From contig CAZWJA010000001.1 in the NCBI GenBank assembly GCA_964634445.1, positions 10,343 to 74,342 on the forward strand: a stretch of 64,000 nucleotides of DNA, read 5' to 3'. How positions within the stretch are numbered: position 1 is the first letter of the stretch; every line of letters starts with the position of its first letter. Below the pieces are notes generated by a model. It saw only the letters and a program-made list of their open reading frames with translations. It searched no databases and was not told the DNA's origin. Positions 12,501-21,193 of the stretch are shown here, one piece after another. Source of the DNA: an uncultured Candidatus Saccharibacteria bacterium (lineage in GTDB: Bacteria; Patescibacteriota; Saccharimonadia; Saccharimonadales; AWTP1-31). The position numbers and the translations under genes are program-made.

Positions 12501-12724
12501 GAACATTCAACAATCGGACTGCCGAAGACGGTCAACTAACAACCGAGCATCTAGTCATAGTCTCAGATTTGCCACCGAGTAAAGTCTACAGCATCGTGCC
12601 TGTTTCCCGTGATAAGGCGAGTAATACATCTTCCGCCGAACCGCACGCAGCCATTATTGGCCGGGCATCTGACAATGTACTTAATATAGTTTTAAATACT
12701 TTGAAAAAGGTTTTCGGGTTCTAA
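6554..12724 (+). CDS. Giant (about 2,050 aa) membrane-anchored surface protein with beta-propeller-like tandem repeats, a LamG-like domain and FN3-like domains
   Basis: Lys/Arg/His-rich N-terminal segment, then one TM helix. Roughly twenty 50-55 aa repeats follow with consensus G.VW.WNGS.W.K.GGDGLN. A LamG/ConA-like stretch (FKLYIDG...FNGSLDEIRIS) follows. C-terminal FN3-like units (YKLYRST..YYYKVKACD) close the protein. The track ORF starts at a TTG at 6542. The first ATG is at 6554. Confidence 0.75.
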   Translation: MSKYKHTLKKVAAHGRRAYVVAKPHAKKAVGKTVHHSKKIARKSYHLSKVGAQKSIKKAKVVHRQVAVKPHQYLTGKWALYRKWHDWRWHQMTHYSLLGLYMLVIGVTLFRSFSFVLAADLSNNWDFSNASDYTLDSGVENTGSAARLKAQNYSSDANTSALYHLDESSGTTASDSSANANNLSLQNSPTFGTGNLNNGLTLNGTTQFGSASDSSSLSPTSQQTLEGWFKPGATYDNTANSSQTLIDKGSYKVGLDRTSGKIYSELQNNNLGSWTRQMGGEVNGSWSTAHYQIDSSANDGTNYYVGTGGLAGDAEVWKWNGSSWSKLGGDSLNGSWADFTYESVTAMEVHSGSLFIGLGVSTVDGEVWSCSLVSNCSSWSKIAGDGVGIIGLGYEAIRSMVSHDGKLYIGTGDGSTGSGTDGDVYRYESGTTWTQIGGDGLNSGWAANTNETIVELTSDGTSLYAGTGGLHAGDGEVWKWNGTIWTKLGGDGLNSSWNTVYETVNSIMSVGSDLYAGTGNSTLDAEVWKLSGGTWSKIGGDGVGSSWSSAGITNVLDMVNDGTNIYATLGSTSALGQVYSMPIAGSTWTLIGGNAGNNNSWTGANSVGALEYFNSQLYATPWTSGAFGSGAYTWNGSSWTTIGGGYLNGSWGGQNTGNVSASTVMNGKMYVGLGAGLNNAMVYEWDGTTANIIGGGSGVNGSWGNWTYESITSMTAYNGKLYVGTGIGNGDGEVWRWDFGSWTKVGGDGLNNGMSATIATVDSMTVYKGKLYAGTGSTLNNGHVWEYDGSTWTKVAGTGVANTFGSNDVMSMSVYNDQLCVGNGGASSQAQVWCWSGSGAWTRIAGAGLNSSWASTTSKFMSAMAIYNDKLYVTLSDTLLVSEVWSWDGTTWSQIGGAGLNSGWQDGSYSQINALSVYNGDLYAATGYKTTNGSGAGDVWRYNGTGWTQIGGDNLNGGWGNTLEVVSTLTQYKGKLYAGTGFTANADANVYSIGNNGYVESTTSSFNSSWHHFAASYNGSSFKLYIDGTQEASQNSSFTITDNTKSFLVGKGIGSANAGYGESFFNGSLDEIRISDTARSSFTTKPYSTTAQGVVLADSVRNTGVEHWDGLASSETANGGAISYQLSDDDGTTWKYWTGSAWSAVGSNTDSNNISIINTNIATFPTTFDGIKWKAILLGDGNQRVQLNSVTLTATSDSLAPETNASAITAKKSNGGASLASNGWTNGASPYFTWTAGTDSGSDILGYCLYLGQTGSSDPISTKGLLGTSPVNTGGNCQFAISGNTLDLSLSGLLGTALTSSDDPYYLNIKAIDNAGNIFDTSEQFQFRFDNTPPTNPGFVSAPSSFINTKSATLTWPTGGGQAANDDNSGVAGLQYKIGNTTWYGDSHTGTGDINDLLANDGNYTTVDPTDFDNINDGVNTFSFRTWDQAGNISSSTVTAALKVNTSGAPSEPQNLQATPSTNTTNSFAFSWDAPATFNTTTGNADKLSYCYTVNTLPTANNCIFTSAGVTSLNAGSYATQPGANTFYVVAKDDFNAISYSSYTSVTFTANTSAPGMPLNTDIVDVSVKSTSNWRLAVTWDTPDDVGAGIASYKLYRSTDNSGFTQVGTSSSTSFVDANLSQQTYYYKVKACDSANNCGAYGTTVSMLPTGKFTTPAVITSEPIVTNTTTKKATVSWSTDRASDSKISLGTQSGTYSPSEVGNSDQVTAHVIDLDNLAAGTTYYFKTKWTDEDGNTGTSQEYTFTTSPAPVLKEVNTLSIGLSNATIQFTTKDSVKTDINYGKSDSFGGIKTINTSSVESTYAMDLAGLDDGTKYFYRLTMYDSEGGSYQSSIFSLTTPQRPKISNLKFQPVPNEPTSTQQVTWTTNVATNSSINFGKIGTTGIIQQSQEMKTTHEMIIRGLEDDSEYFLFAEGRDANGNLATSERQVFKTALDTRAPEITDITIEPAIRGSGVEARGQIVVSWKTDEPSTSQVAFAEGSNVRTFNNRTAEDGQLTTEHLVIVSDLPPSKVYSIVPVSRDKASNTSSAEPHAAIIGRASDNVLNIVLNTLKKVFGF

Positions 12725-12726
12725 TT

Positions 12727-13500
12727 ATGAATCAGCCATTAATCAGCGCCAATAATATTGAGCAAACTTTCATTGTTGGTGAAGAATCAATTCCCGTTCT
12801 GCATAAAAGTAGTTTTACCATTCATACCAATACATTTAATATTATCTACGGACCATCCGGTTCAGGTAAGTCGACGCTTCTAAATGTACTGAGCGGAATT
12901 CAACAACCAACTAAGGGCAATATTCTGTATGGCAACCAAGATATTTACGAACTGCCGGGAAAAGATTTGGCTTTCTTTAGAGCTAAGAGGCTTGGTGTCG
13001 TTTACCAGCAGAACTATTGGATTAGTAGCTTAAACGTAATTGAAAACGTAGCTATCCCACTATTATTTTTAGGCTATACCAGGCGGGCAGCTATGAAGCC
13101 AGCCATGGACGCTCTGCAAAGGGTAGATATGGCAACCTATGCCAAGAAAAATCCACAGTTTCTGTCTGGGGGAGAACAGCAAAGAGTTGCAATGGCAAGA
13201 GCAATTGTTAGCGACCCTGATTACATTATTGCCGACGAGCCGACCGGAAGCCTTGATACTCTGAACGGAGACATGATTATGTCGCTGTTAAGGAGCTACA
13301 GTGTCGACCTGCACAGAACTATTATTCTGGTTACGCATAATATGGAATATCTGCCGTTAGCCGACAATTTAATTCATATCAAGGATGGTCAATGCCAAGA
13401 AATGGCTAATGATGATATTCACAAGACCACTGAGTCATTATTCAAGGAAATGAAGTCGCGAATTACTCGATATGCGGAGGCCAAAGCTCATGGTATTTAA
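12727..13500 (+). CDS. ABC transporter ATP-binding protein (MacB/LolD-like)
   Basis: Walker A GPSGSGKST, ABC signature LSGGEQQRVAMARA, Walker B IIADEPT. Confidence 0.85.
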   Translation: MNQPLISANNIEQTFIVGEESIPVLHKSSFTIHTNTFNIIYGPSGSGKSTLLNVLSGIQQPTKGNILYGNQDIYELPGKDLAFFRAKRLGVVYQQNYWISSLNVIENVAIPLLFLGYTRRAAMKPAMDALQRVDMATYAKKNPQFLSGGEQQRVAMARAIVSDPDYIIADEPTGSLDTLNGDMIMSLLRSYSVDLHRTIILVTHNMEYLPLADNLIHIKDGQCQEMANDDIHKTTESLFKEMKSRITRYAEAKAHGI

Positions 13501-14710
13501 TTCTAATCAAACTAAAATGCACCATATCCACGAGCGCACGCTTTTTTATATGGCTTGGCGGAACGTTACTAGTAAAAAGCTCAGGTCATTCCTTACCATT
13601 GCCGGCATAGTTATAGGTATTGGGTCAATTTCTTTCTTGATTTCTTTTGGCTTGGGTTTGCAGCAATTGGTAACTAAAAATGTTATTGGTGACAAGTCGA
13701 TAAAATCGATTGAAATTACCAGCCCGAATTCTAGAATAATTAAACTAGATACAAAAGCTGTTAACAAAATCAGAAGCTTCCCCCATGTCAGTAAAACCGG
13801 AGTCGAGTACTCATTCCCATCCAGTATAGGGCTGAAGGGTGGGGGAATTGATTCAGTAATTTATGGTATTGACCAGGCATTTCAGGAAACCACTTCACTA
13901 GATTTAACAGATGGACGACTGCTTAACAACAAAGACAACCGTTCTGTCGTAATTAGTAAAACTGCACTAAAATCTCTTGGAATTACAGAAGCGAAAAAAG
14001 CCTTGAATCAAAAATTAAACATTATTGTACCACTCAGTTTCGCGGACGTAAAAGTACCCGATCTAAAAGAAGATTTTACGATTGTAGGGGTAATAGATTC
14101 TGGTACTAATAATGAAGTTTTTATCCCTAGTACAGTATTTGACGTATTAGGAATACCGACTTACAAACAGGTAAAAGTAATTGCTGATGATACTAAGAAT
14201 ATTTCTGCACTTAGAAAACAGATCGAGAGCAGCGGCTTTCAAACCAGTTCGCCAATCGACACACTGGACCAGATAAACCAGCTGTTCAAGTTCTTTAATA
14301 TTGTCCTAGCCGGTTTTGGTGGTATTGGAATTATTGTAGCAATACTTGGTATGTTCAATACACTGACTATTTCTCTCCTAGAGCGGACAAAAGAAATCGG
14401 CTTAATGATCACACTAGGAGGTCGCAAGCGCGACATGCGCCGATTGTTTATGATCGAATCGATCTTGCTGTCTTTCATCGGGGCAATTGTTGGGCTCATC
14501 TTCTCCTATACCGGTAGCCGGATTGTGAATTTTCTAGTTAATAAAAATGCTCAAAGCAGGGTAAATCAAAGGTTCGAAATATTTTCAATGCCACTATGGT
14601 TAATGATTTGCCTAACTTTGTTTATGGTTGTGGTCGGACTTATAGTTTCCTACTTTCCGGCACGACGGGCTCAGAAGATTAACCCGATCGATGCGCTTAG
14701 ACGCGAATAA
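13472..14710 (+). CDS. ABC transporter permease, FtsX/MacB-like
   Basis: N-terminal TM, large periplasmic domain, C-terminal 3-TM FtsX-like region. Adjacent to the ABC ATPase. The true start may be an internal ATG at 13490 or 13517. Confidence 0.7.
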   Translation: MRRPKLMVFNSNQTKMHHIHERTLFYMAWRNVTSKKLRSFLTIAGIVIGIGSISFLISFGLGLQQLVTKNVIGDKSIKSIEITSPNSRIIKLDTKAVNKIRSFPHVSKTGVEYSFPSSIGLKGGGIDSVIYGIDQAFQETTSLDLTDGRLLNNKDNRSVVISKTALKSLGITEAKKALNQKLNIIVPLSFADVKVPDLKEDFTIVGVIDSGTNNEVFIPSTVFDVLGIPTYKQVKVIADDTKNISALRKQIESSGFQTSSPIDTLDQINQLFKFFNIVLAGFGGIGIIVAILGMFNTLTISLLERTKEIGLMITLGGRKRDMRRLFMIESILLSFIGAIVGLIFSYTGSRIVNFLVNKNAQSRVNQRFEIFSMPLWLMICLTLFMVVVGLIVSYFPARRAQKINPIDALRRE

Positions 14711-14763
14711 TACTGGACCGGCTTATTTTACCGGAGCAATAAAAGCGTTTATACTAATCTGTA

Positions 14764-15954
14764 ATGAATCATAAAACAAAAATTGTGATACTCGGCGGCG
14801 GTTTCGCAGGCATAAAAGCCTTGCATGAACTTCATAAGAATAAAAATCTGGAAATTACGTTAATTACTGACCAGGAAACATTCCGTTACGGTGCCACTAT
14901 CTGGCGAGCAGCAACCGGATATTTAAAAGATACGTCTTACATCCCGATCAAGTCTTTAATGCCAGTATCAGAAAATGTCAGATTGGTACTTGACCAAGCT
15001 GTAAGAATAGACCGAGAATCAAAATTAGTCACGACTAAAAGCCACGAAAAATTTAATTACGACTACTGCATAATTGGGTTAGGGGTAGTAACTAGTTATT
15101 TTGGCATAGATGGTTTAGAAGAATTCTCATATAGCGTGAAATCCAGTGCTGGGTTTGATAAATTCCGACAACATCTACACGACCTACTGTTGGAAGACAA
15201 AACACTAGACACAAACTACGTTGTGGTCGGTGCTGGACCTACAGGTGTCGAGTTGGCAGCCGCGCTTAAAAGTTACTTAAAAACTGTCGCTAAGCAGCAC
15301 AAACTAAAGCGCACGCATGTTAACATGGATCTGATCGAAGCGGCACCGAAAGTTTTACCAATGCTAAGCCCTAAAGCTTCCAAACTCGTTCATAAAAGAT
15401 TAGTTAAATTAGGAGTCAGAGTAATGACTGGCAAGGTAGTTGAGGGCGAAACTACGACAACGCTAAAAGTCGGCGATATGAAGATTCCTACCAAGACTGT
15501 CATTTGGACTGCCGGGGTTACAAACAACCCATTTTTTAACGACAATAATAGCCAATTCACACTAAATGAAAAAAAACGAGTAGTAGTTGATGACTATTTG
15601 AAAGTAGACAAATCCGTATTTGTAATCGGCGACAGTGCCGCAACAGCTTATAGTGGCCTGGCATTGACCGCATTGCATAATGCCAACTACGTCAGCAATT
15701 GCATACTTAAAGAACTTGATAAGAAATCAGTCAGACCATACAAGCCACTCAAACCGATTACAATTATTCCAATCGGGGAGGGCTGGTCGCTGCTGCAGTG
15801 GAGAAAGATAGTCTTTGCCGGCAGATTTGCCAGCTTCTTGCGATCAATTTACGACTTTATCGGCTACAGTGAAATAGTTGGTAGTAAAAAAGCTTTTAAT
15901 ATCTGGCTGAAACGCAATCAAAAGCATGAAGAATGTCGATTGTGCCGGTCATAG
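14764..15954 (+). CDS. ndh: Type II NADH dehydrogenase / FAD-dependent pyridine nucleotide-disulfide oxidoreductase
   Basis: Two Rossmann dinucleotide motifs: IVILGGGFAG and VVVGAGPTGVELAAAL. Confidence 0.7.
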   Translation: MNHKTKIVILGGGFAGIKALHELHKNKNLEITLITDQETFRYGATIWRAATGYLKDTSYIPIKSLMPVSENVRLVLDQAVRIDRESKLVTTKSHEKFNYDYCIIGLGVVTSYFGIDGLEEFSYSVKSSAGFDKFRQHLHDLLLEDKTLDTNYVVVGAGPTGVELAAALKSYLKTVAKQHKLKRTHVNMDLIEAAPKVLPMLSPKASKLVHKRLVKLGVRVMTGKVVEGETTTTLKVGDMKIPTKTVIWTAGVTNNPFFNDNNSQFTLNEKKRVVVDDYLKVDKSVFVIGDSAATAYSGLALTALHNANYVSNCILKELDKKSVRPYKPLKPITIIPIGEGWSLLQWRKIVFAGRFASFLRSIYDFIGYSEIVGSKKAFNIWLKRNQKHEECRLCRS

Positions 15955-15994
15955 GTGTTTTTAGTTAGCTGTTAAAGCAAGTACAATACATACA

Positions 15995-18900
15995 ATGTCA
16001 GAATTTGAAGAGGCGTATAAACAGCTCAACAGCGAGCAAAGAAAAGCTGTCGATTTAATCGATGGAGCGGTTTTGGTTGTGGCTGGGCCTGGTACCGGCA
16101 AGACACAGCTGTTGAGCATGCGAGTAGCAAACATTCTTAAAAAAACCGATACTAATGCCAGTAATATCTTGTGTCTAACCTTTACTAACAAGGCGGCCAT
16201 TAATATGCGTGAACGTCTGTTGAGTCTGACGGGCGGTGAAGCTAAGAATGTCAACGTCAAAACTTTCCATAGTTTTGCAGCCGAGCTTATGAATATGTAC
16301 CCAGATTCTTTTTGGAACGGTGCCAGGCTGTCGACTGCTCCAGATACAACCCAGATAGAAATAATCCAAACCATTCTCGGGCAACTGCCTCTAAAAGATC
16401 CTTTGGCTCTCCGGTTTGCTGGTGGATTTACTGCCGGCAAAGATGTCCAGAATGCTTTAAAGTACGTCAAGGAAGCTGGACTTACACCGGCTAAGTTAAA
16501 GTCTTTAATTAAAGCTAATTTGGCTTACATTGACCTAATCGAAAAAGATTTGTCGGAAATATTAAGTGCAACATTAAGCTACAAAAACCTGAATAATTTA
16601 GTCACGCAAATCGACAAGCTACCGAACCAGGGATTAAGTGAAAACTTAGAACCACTTCTCGATCTAGGCAAGCTGATTAAAGAAAGTCTAGACTTTGCCG
16701 TCGAACAAGATGATGAAACAAACAAGACTAAGCATACCGGCAAATGGAAGCAGAAATGGATCCAATCAGTTGACGGTGTTAAAGGAATGCATAAGGAAAG
16801 GGAAAGAAACAAGTGGTGGCTAAGCTTAGCAGACGTATATGCCAGCTACCGGCAAATGCTGCATGAGCGCGGTTATTATGATTACTCGGATATGATAGTC
16901 GAAGTAATAACCCAGCTTCAAAATAAGCCGCATATGCGTTCAGATGTGCAGGAACAATTCCAGTACGTGTTAATCGACGAGTTTCAGGATACAAATGCGG
17001 CCCAGCTGCAGCTGTCGCATTTAATCGCCGATCATGCCGATACCGATAATCCGAATATTATGGCAGTTGGCGACGACGACCAGTCTATTTACAAGTTCAA
17101 TGGGGCCGAGCTAAATAACATGCTGTCGTTCCGACGCAGCTATCCAAAGTCAAAGACTATAGTCCTGACCGACAACTACCGGTCCAGCCAGAAGCTTCTC
17201 AATACGTCGTCTAAAATTATTTCCCAAATAGAAGACCGTTTAGTAACTCGAGATGCAAGCTTGATTAAAGACCTGAGAGCCAAAAACGAGCCGAAAACAA
17301 AAGGGGTAATTACGCACTTAAGTTTTACAACTGAAGATCAAGAACTTTATGAGATTACCAAGCAAATAGTAAAAAAGTATAAGTCTGGTAATACCTCAAT
17401 TGCTGTTTTGGCCCGCGACCATGCCAGTCTGCGCAGGATGGCGGCAAGTTTAAATAGAAGCAAAATACCAATCAGTTATGAACAGCAAAATAACATATTA
17501 GAACACAGCTCAGTAATTCAGATTCACTTGATTTGCTCTATGCTTCAAGCGATAAATGCTGGCGATAGGTCACTATCTAGCCAGTACCTTAGCCAAATCC
17601 TACGCCACCCAATGTGGCAGATTAAACCCGAAAAACTGTGGCAAATAGCAGTCGATAACTACCGAAAAAATGACTGGCTGGATTATTTGTTGAAATCTAC
17701 TGACAACAATTTATCGGCAATCGCCAAGTGGCTAGTTTGGTTGGCGCAGAAAGCCAGCCAGGAACAATTAGCAGTCATATTGGAATACGTCATTGGGTTG
17801 AGGGCTGGAGAACATTTAACCAGCCCGATACAGGCATACTACTTAGCTAACAAAAAAATAGATACCTCATATCTGTCGTCCTTATCTTCCGTCCGAATAT
17901 TAATAAGCCTGGCTAATGACTTCAGTCGTTCGCAATCAGCAAGTCTAGAAGACTTCGTGAATTTTATTCAGCTGAGTATCGACACAAACGAGCTAATTGC
18001 TGACGAATCAGTCTTCATTACCGGCAGCCATGCAGTAGAACTACTTACCGTACACAAAGCAAAAGGCCTTGAGTTTGACATCGTATATATAATTAATGCC
18101 ATCGATTCAAATTGGAAGCCGAATGCCGGTGGCCGAAAGAGTCCGTCGAACCTGCCGCTACAACCGGCCGGTGACGACCTGGATGACTATGCCAGATTGA
18201 TGTATGTTGCAGTTACCCGTGCTCGGCATTCGCTAATTGTGGCTAGCTACCGTCAAGACATTAACGGCAAAGACGTCATGGCGTCGCCGCTGCTAATCGA
18301 CGCTTTGGAAGTAGCTGAGATACCAAATTCAGATGACGAAACAAACATTGAGGTGCTTGAAAACAGCCTGACTTGGCCATCGCTTAATATTGAAGACGAA
18401 AAATTAAATCTAAAGTCCAGGATTGAAAAATATTCACTCAGTGCAACTGGACTATTAGACTTTCTGGACGTCAGTAAAGGCGGACCGCAAATCTTTCTGG
18501 AACGGCATTTACTTTCGCTGCCTCAAGCCAAGTCTTCTAGCATGGCTTTTGGTACGGCCGTCCATGAAGCAATGGAATTCGCTCAGATTTCAGTCAATTC
18601 TAATAACTTAAATTTAAAAAAAGTTATTGATGTCTACGAAAATTCTATCCGCAGGCAAAACTTGCCAGTAACCGAAGAGCAACGCTACCAAGAATACGGA
18701 GTCGAGCTAATTGAAAAGTTGCTAAGCAGCGATACCTTCTGGTTGGGCAAAGGTAATCTACCGGAGCAGGTTATTGGTGATGTCTTAATAGGCAAAGCAA
18801 AACTTAACGGCACGATCGATCGGATTGCAGTCAAAGACGACGAATTGACGATTATCGATTACAAGACTGGTAAGCCGCTTAGCAGTTTTATTACCCGTGA

Positions 18901-19210
18901 TCAGAACAAAGCGATTAAAGCCTGGCGACATAGAATGCAGCTTATCTTTTACGCTATGCTGGCTAGAAACAGCAACCGGTTTAATATTAAAAATATTAAA
19001 GGGCAGATGTGGTATTTGGAAGCAAGTAGCCCAAAAGAGCTAATCCGCGAGTACATTCCAAGTAAAGATGAAATATTAAGACTGGAAAAATTATCCCAGG
19101 TCATATGGGAAAAGATTACTAGTCTGAATCTGCCTAATACATTGAACTACAGCAATGACTACTCTGGCATACAGGCTTTCGAGCAGGATCTGCTGGACAA
19201 AAAAATATGA
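15995..19210 (+). CDS. UvrD/PcrA-family SF1 helicase fused to a C-terminal PD-(D/E)xK nuclease domain (AddA/RecB-like)
   Basis: Q-motif/Walker A (AVDLIDGAVLVVAGPGTGKT), Walker B DEFQDTN, helicase motifs to residue about 750. A C-terminal D..D.K nuclease-like segment follows (DRIAVKDDELTIIDYKTGK). Confidence 0.75.
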   Translation: MSEFEEAYKQLNSEQRKAVDLIDGAVLVVAGPGTGKTQLLSMRVANILKKTDTNASNILCLTFTNKAAINMRERLLSLTGGEAKNVNVKTFHSFAAELMNMYPDSFWNGARLSTAPDTTQIEIIQTILGQLPLKDPLALRFAGGFTAGKDVQNALKYVKEAGLTPAKLKSLIKANLAYIDLIEKDLSEILSATLSYKNLNNLVTQIDKLPNQGLSENLEPLLDLGKLIKESLDFAVEQDDETNKTKHTGKWKQKWIQSVDGVKGMHKERERNKWWLSLADVYASYRQMLHERGYYDYSDMIVEVITQLQNKPHMRSDVQEQFQYVLIDEFQDTNAAQLQLSHLIADHADTDNPNIMAVGDDDQSIYKFNGAELNNMLSFRRSYPKSKTIVLTDNYRSSQKLLNTSSKIISQIEDRLVTRDASLIKDLRAKNEPKTKGVITHLSFTTEDQELYEITKQIVKKYKSGNTSIAVLARDHASLRRMAASLNRSKIPISYEQQNNILEHSSVIQIHLICSMLQAINAGDRSLSSQYLSQILRHPMWQIKPEKLWQIAVDNYRKNDWLDYLLKSTDNNLSAIAKWLVWLAQKASQEQLAVILEYVIGLRAGEHLTSPIQAYYLANKKIDTSYLSSLSSVRILISLANDFSRSQSASLEDFVNFIQLSIDTNELIADESVFITGSHAVELLTVHKAKGLEFDIVYIINAIDSNWKPNAGGRKSPSNLPLQPAGDDLDDYARLMYVAVTRARHSLIVASYRQDINGKDVMASPLLIDALEVAEIPNSDDETNIEVLENSLTWPSLNIEDEKLNLKSRIEKYSLSATGLLDFLDVSKGGPQIFLERHLLSLPQAKSSSMAFGTAVHEAMEFAQISVNSNNLNLKKVIDVYENSIRRQNLPVTEEQRYQEYGVELIEKLLSSDTFWLGKGNLPEQVIGDVLIGKAKLNGTIDRIAVKDDELTIIDYKTGKPLSSFITRDQNKAIKAWRHRMQLIFYAMLARNSNRFNIKNIKGQMWYLEASSPKELIREYIPSKDEILRLEKLSQVIWEKITSLNLPNTLNYSNDYSGIQAFEQDLLDKKI

Positions 19211-19240
19211 GCCTCATTTTTAATTTTGAGGCTCAAATAT
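19208..19240. terminator. Bidirectional rho-independent terminator between convergent helicase and aquaporin genes
   Basis: Perfect 9-bp stem TGAGCCTCA/TGAGGCTCA with a T/A-rich loop and T/A runs on both sides. Confidence 0.6.
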
Positions 19241-19269
19241 TAACTAGTTTTGTGTAACCCAGTATCTAA

Positions 19270-20022
19270 CTAGCGTCGGCGTCGAGCTGCCGGCTTCTTT
19301 TTTGTAGCACTTCTGGAAGAAGCAGCCTTTGAGCTGCTACTTCGCTTGATAACCGACTTTGAACTGGTGACTCGGTTGAATGAGCTAAATGAAGCTCGTT
19401 TATACAAAGTTTCTTCTGCGAATAGTAGTGCGTATAAGTTCATGCCGACAATTGATCCGACAATTGGACCAAGAGCATACGCTTTGTTCCAAGACTGCAA
19501 ACCGATTGCAACTGCTGGGTTAAGAATTCCGTTGCTGGCAAGCGACGCAACCAAAATACCAATAGTTAGCGAACCGCCGATAGCAAATGCTAAGCGACCA
19601 CCTTCGTATTTTTGGTATATAGCTGATGCTACGCCGAATCCGAAGATCAAAGCACCAATTGCTTCAGCAATAAAGATTTTTAAATCTGGAGCATTAGCGA
19701 TACTTTCAATATTCCGTCCCATCAAATAATTGATTAACAGAAACGCCAAGTAACCACCGAGCATTTGGAATGTGATGTAACTAATTGCTGTAAGCGTTTT
19801 TACTTTGCGAATTGTCCATAAACCGAGCGTAATTGCTGGGTTTACGTGCGCACCTGACGTTGCCCCAATTGTTAAGGTTAATAAACCGAGCGTGATACCG
19901 GCTGCTAAACCACCGAACAATGGAAAAGATGTCCGTGCCACCATTGAATACACGGCTGTAACCAACACCATTACACCCATTAGCTCCGCCAAGACCATAG
20001 CGAATTTTAGTCTACTAAACAT
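19270..20022 (-). CDS. MIP-family channel (aquaporin/GlpF-like) with a basic C-terminal tail
   Basis: Two NPA boxes (HVNPAITLG, NPAVAIG), six hydrophobic segments, C-terminal KKKPAARRRR. Confidence 0.8.
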   Translation of the reverse strand: MFSRLKFAMVLAELMGVMVLVTAVYSMVARTSFPLFGGLAAGITLGLLTLTIGATSGAHVNPAITLGLWTIRKVKTLTAISYITFQMLGGYLAFLLINYLMGRNIESIANAPDLKIFIAEAIGALIFGFGVASAIYQKYEGGRLAFAIGGSLTIGILVASLASNGILNPAVAIGLQSWNKAYALGPIVGSIVGMNLYALLFAEETLYKRASFSSFNRVTSSKSVIKRSSSSKAASSRSATKKKPAARRRR

Positions 20023-20108
20023 TGAACCCTCCTTAAAGAATAACTAATGCTTAAACAATAATAGTTTTGAGCATTTAATGCAAATATTTGGTGTCGTAGT
20101 ATTTACTA

Positions 20109-20648
20109 CTAGGAGAGGAACTCTGAACTAATTTCACCTACATGCTGATTTCTGCCAAGCGTACCAGTACCAGCCAAGGCTAGCTGATCGGCAACGATCA
20201 CACCCCGCAAATACTCCTCTTGGTTTCTAGATACAACTTGCAAAAGGCTTCGTCCGTATCTGACATTTTGCCAGAAATTCATGATGTCCGTATCTTGATT
20301 GAATTTATCTTTTAAGACTAGAGTATTTTCAGAATCAACTAAAATTAATCCTTGCTCGTCATGCCCGTGGTTGTCGTGGTCATGATCAACGTCCAAATGC
20401 ATTACTGCCTCATCGCCGGCAAGTTCTTTTACGACATCGATCATTTTGTCCTCAGTAAAGCTAGATGTTTTATTCAACATCATAAAAGTTGATTCAGCAC
20501 CAGCTTTAATCATGTCTAATAGATGTGGCTGTTTAGTAGCTACAAATTTTGCACGACTTCCAAGAAAACGATTGACATCATCAAAAGACTCGACAAGCGT
20601 TTCTACGACCGACTTTGCTCCTCGAGCCATACCGCATTCACGGTGCAT
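20109..20648 (-). CDS. Hypothetical protein (His/Asp-rich segment HLDVDHDHDNHGHDE)
   Basis: ORF only. No confident motif. Confidence 0.35.
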   Translation of the reverse strand: MHRECGMARGAKSVVETLVESFDDVNRFLGSRAKFVATKQPHLLDMIKAGAESTFMMLNKTSSFTEDKMIDVVKELAGDEAVMHLDVDHDHDNHGHDEQGLILVDSENTLVLKDKFNQDTDIMNFWQNVRYGRSLLQVVSRNQEEYLRGVIVADQLALAGTGTLGRNQHVGEISSEFLS

Positions 20649-20722
20649 ACCAATTCCGAAATTTGCTTTTATTAATTCTTGATTAATTGTATAGAACTGC
20701 TCGATCGGATCGTCAATACCTT

Positions 20723-21100
20723 TTAGTATTGAAAAACTAGCAATTGAGCGACAATCGGTGTAAACAAACTCGGACCACCGATAACTTTTGGTCGAGGGTC
20801 AGGTTTAGTTTTCGCCTCCGTCATCAAAAAGTTCCTACCGTCCATGCAGACACCGTTTATTTGGCGGTAATCAGGGGCGTAAATTAAGTAGTTGCCGGCA
20901 ATAAGCTGTAAGTTTTTAGTGAAATCTTCTTGTTTAACGTGTGTTGCTTCAATATTTCCTTTACCGAAATTTATCCTACCTAAGTATGTAGCTATAGATC
21001 CGTAAATTAATTCATGATCCGGCTGAACGTCTATCGTCATAACTTCTTCATCCCCTTGGTTTTTTACAAAATTAATTCTATTTTCTGGTGAACCCGACAT
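20723..21100 (-). CDS. Hypothetical protein
   Basis: ORF only. In a different frame from the 20109..20648 ORF 75 nt downstream. A frameshifted single gene cannot be excluded. Confidence 0.3.
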   Translation of the reverse strand: MSGSPENRINFVKNQGDEEVMTIDVQPDHELIYGSIATYLGRINFGKGNIEATHVKQEDFTKNLQLIAGNYLIYAPDYRQINGVCMDGRNFLMTEAKTKPDPRPKVIGGPSLFTPIVAQLLVFQY

Positions 21101-21193
21101 ACTTCTCCGATATTTGTTATTAAATTAACACAAGGATTCATTCTAAAAAACTTAGCTGGATTTTTCAAGTAGTTTATTCAGCTGTTTTATTTT

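Noticed and set aside
15961-16470. 169-aa minus-strand ORF
   Set aside because: It lies entirely antisense within the well-supported helicase gene. Several other track ORFs are the same kind of shadow ORF inside confidently assigned genes, for example 2635..2823, 9777..10115, 22677..22994, 26570..26887, 27533..28069 and 45559..45744.
20109-21100. dUTPase/dCTP-deaminase-like split gene
   Set aside because: Motif resemblance (GRS, DxDH) is too weak and out of register, so both ORFs are left as hypothetical.
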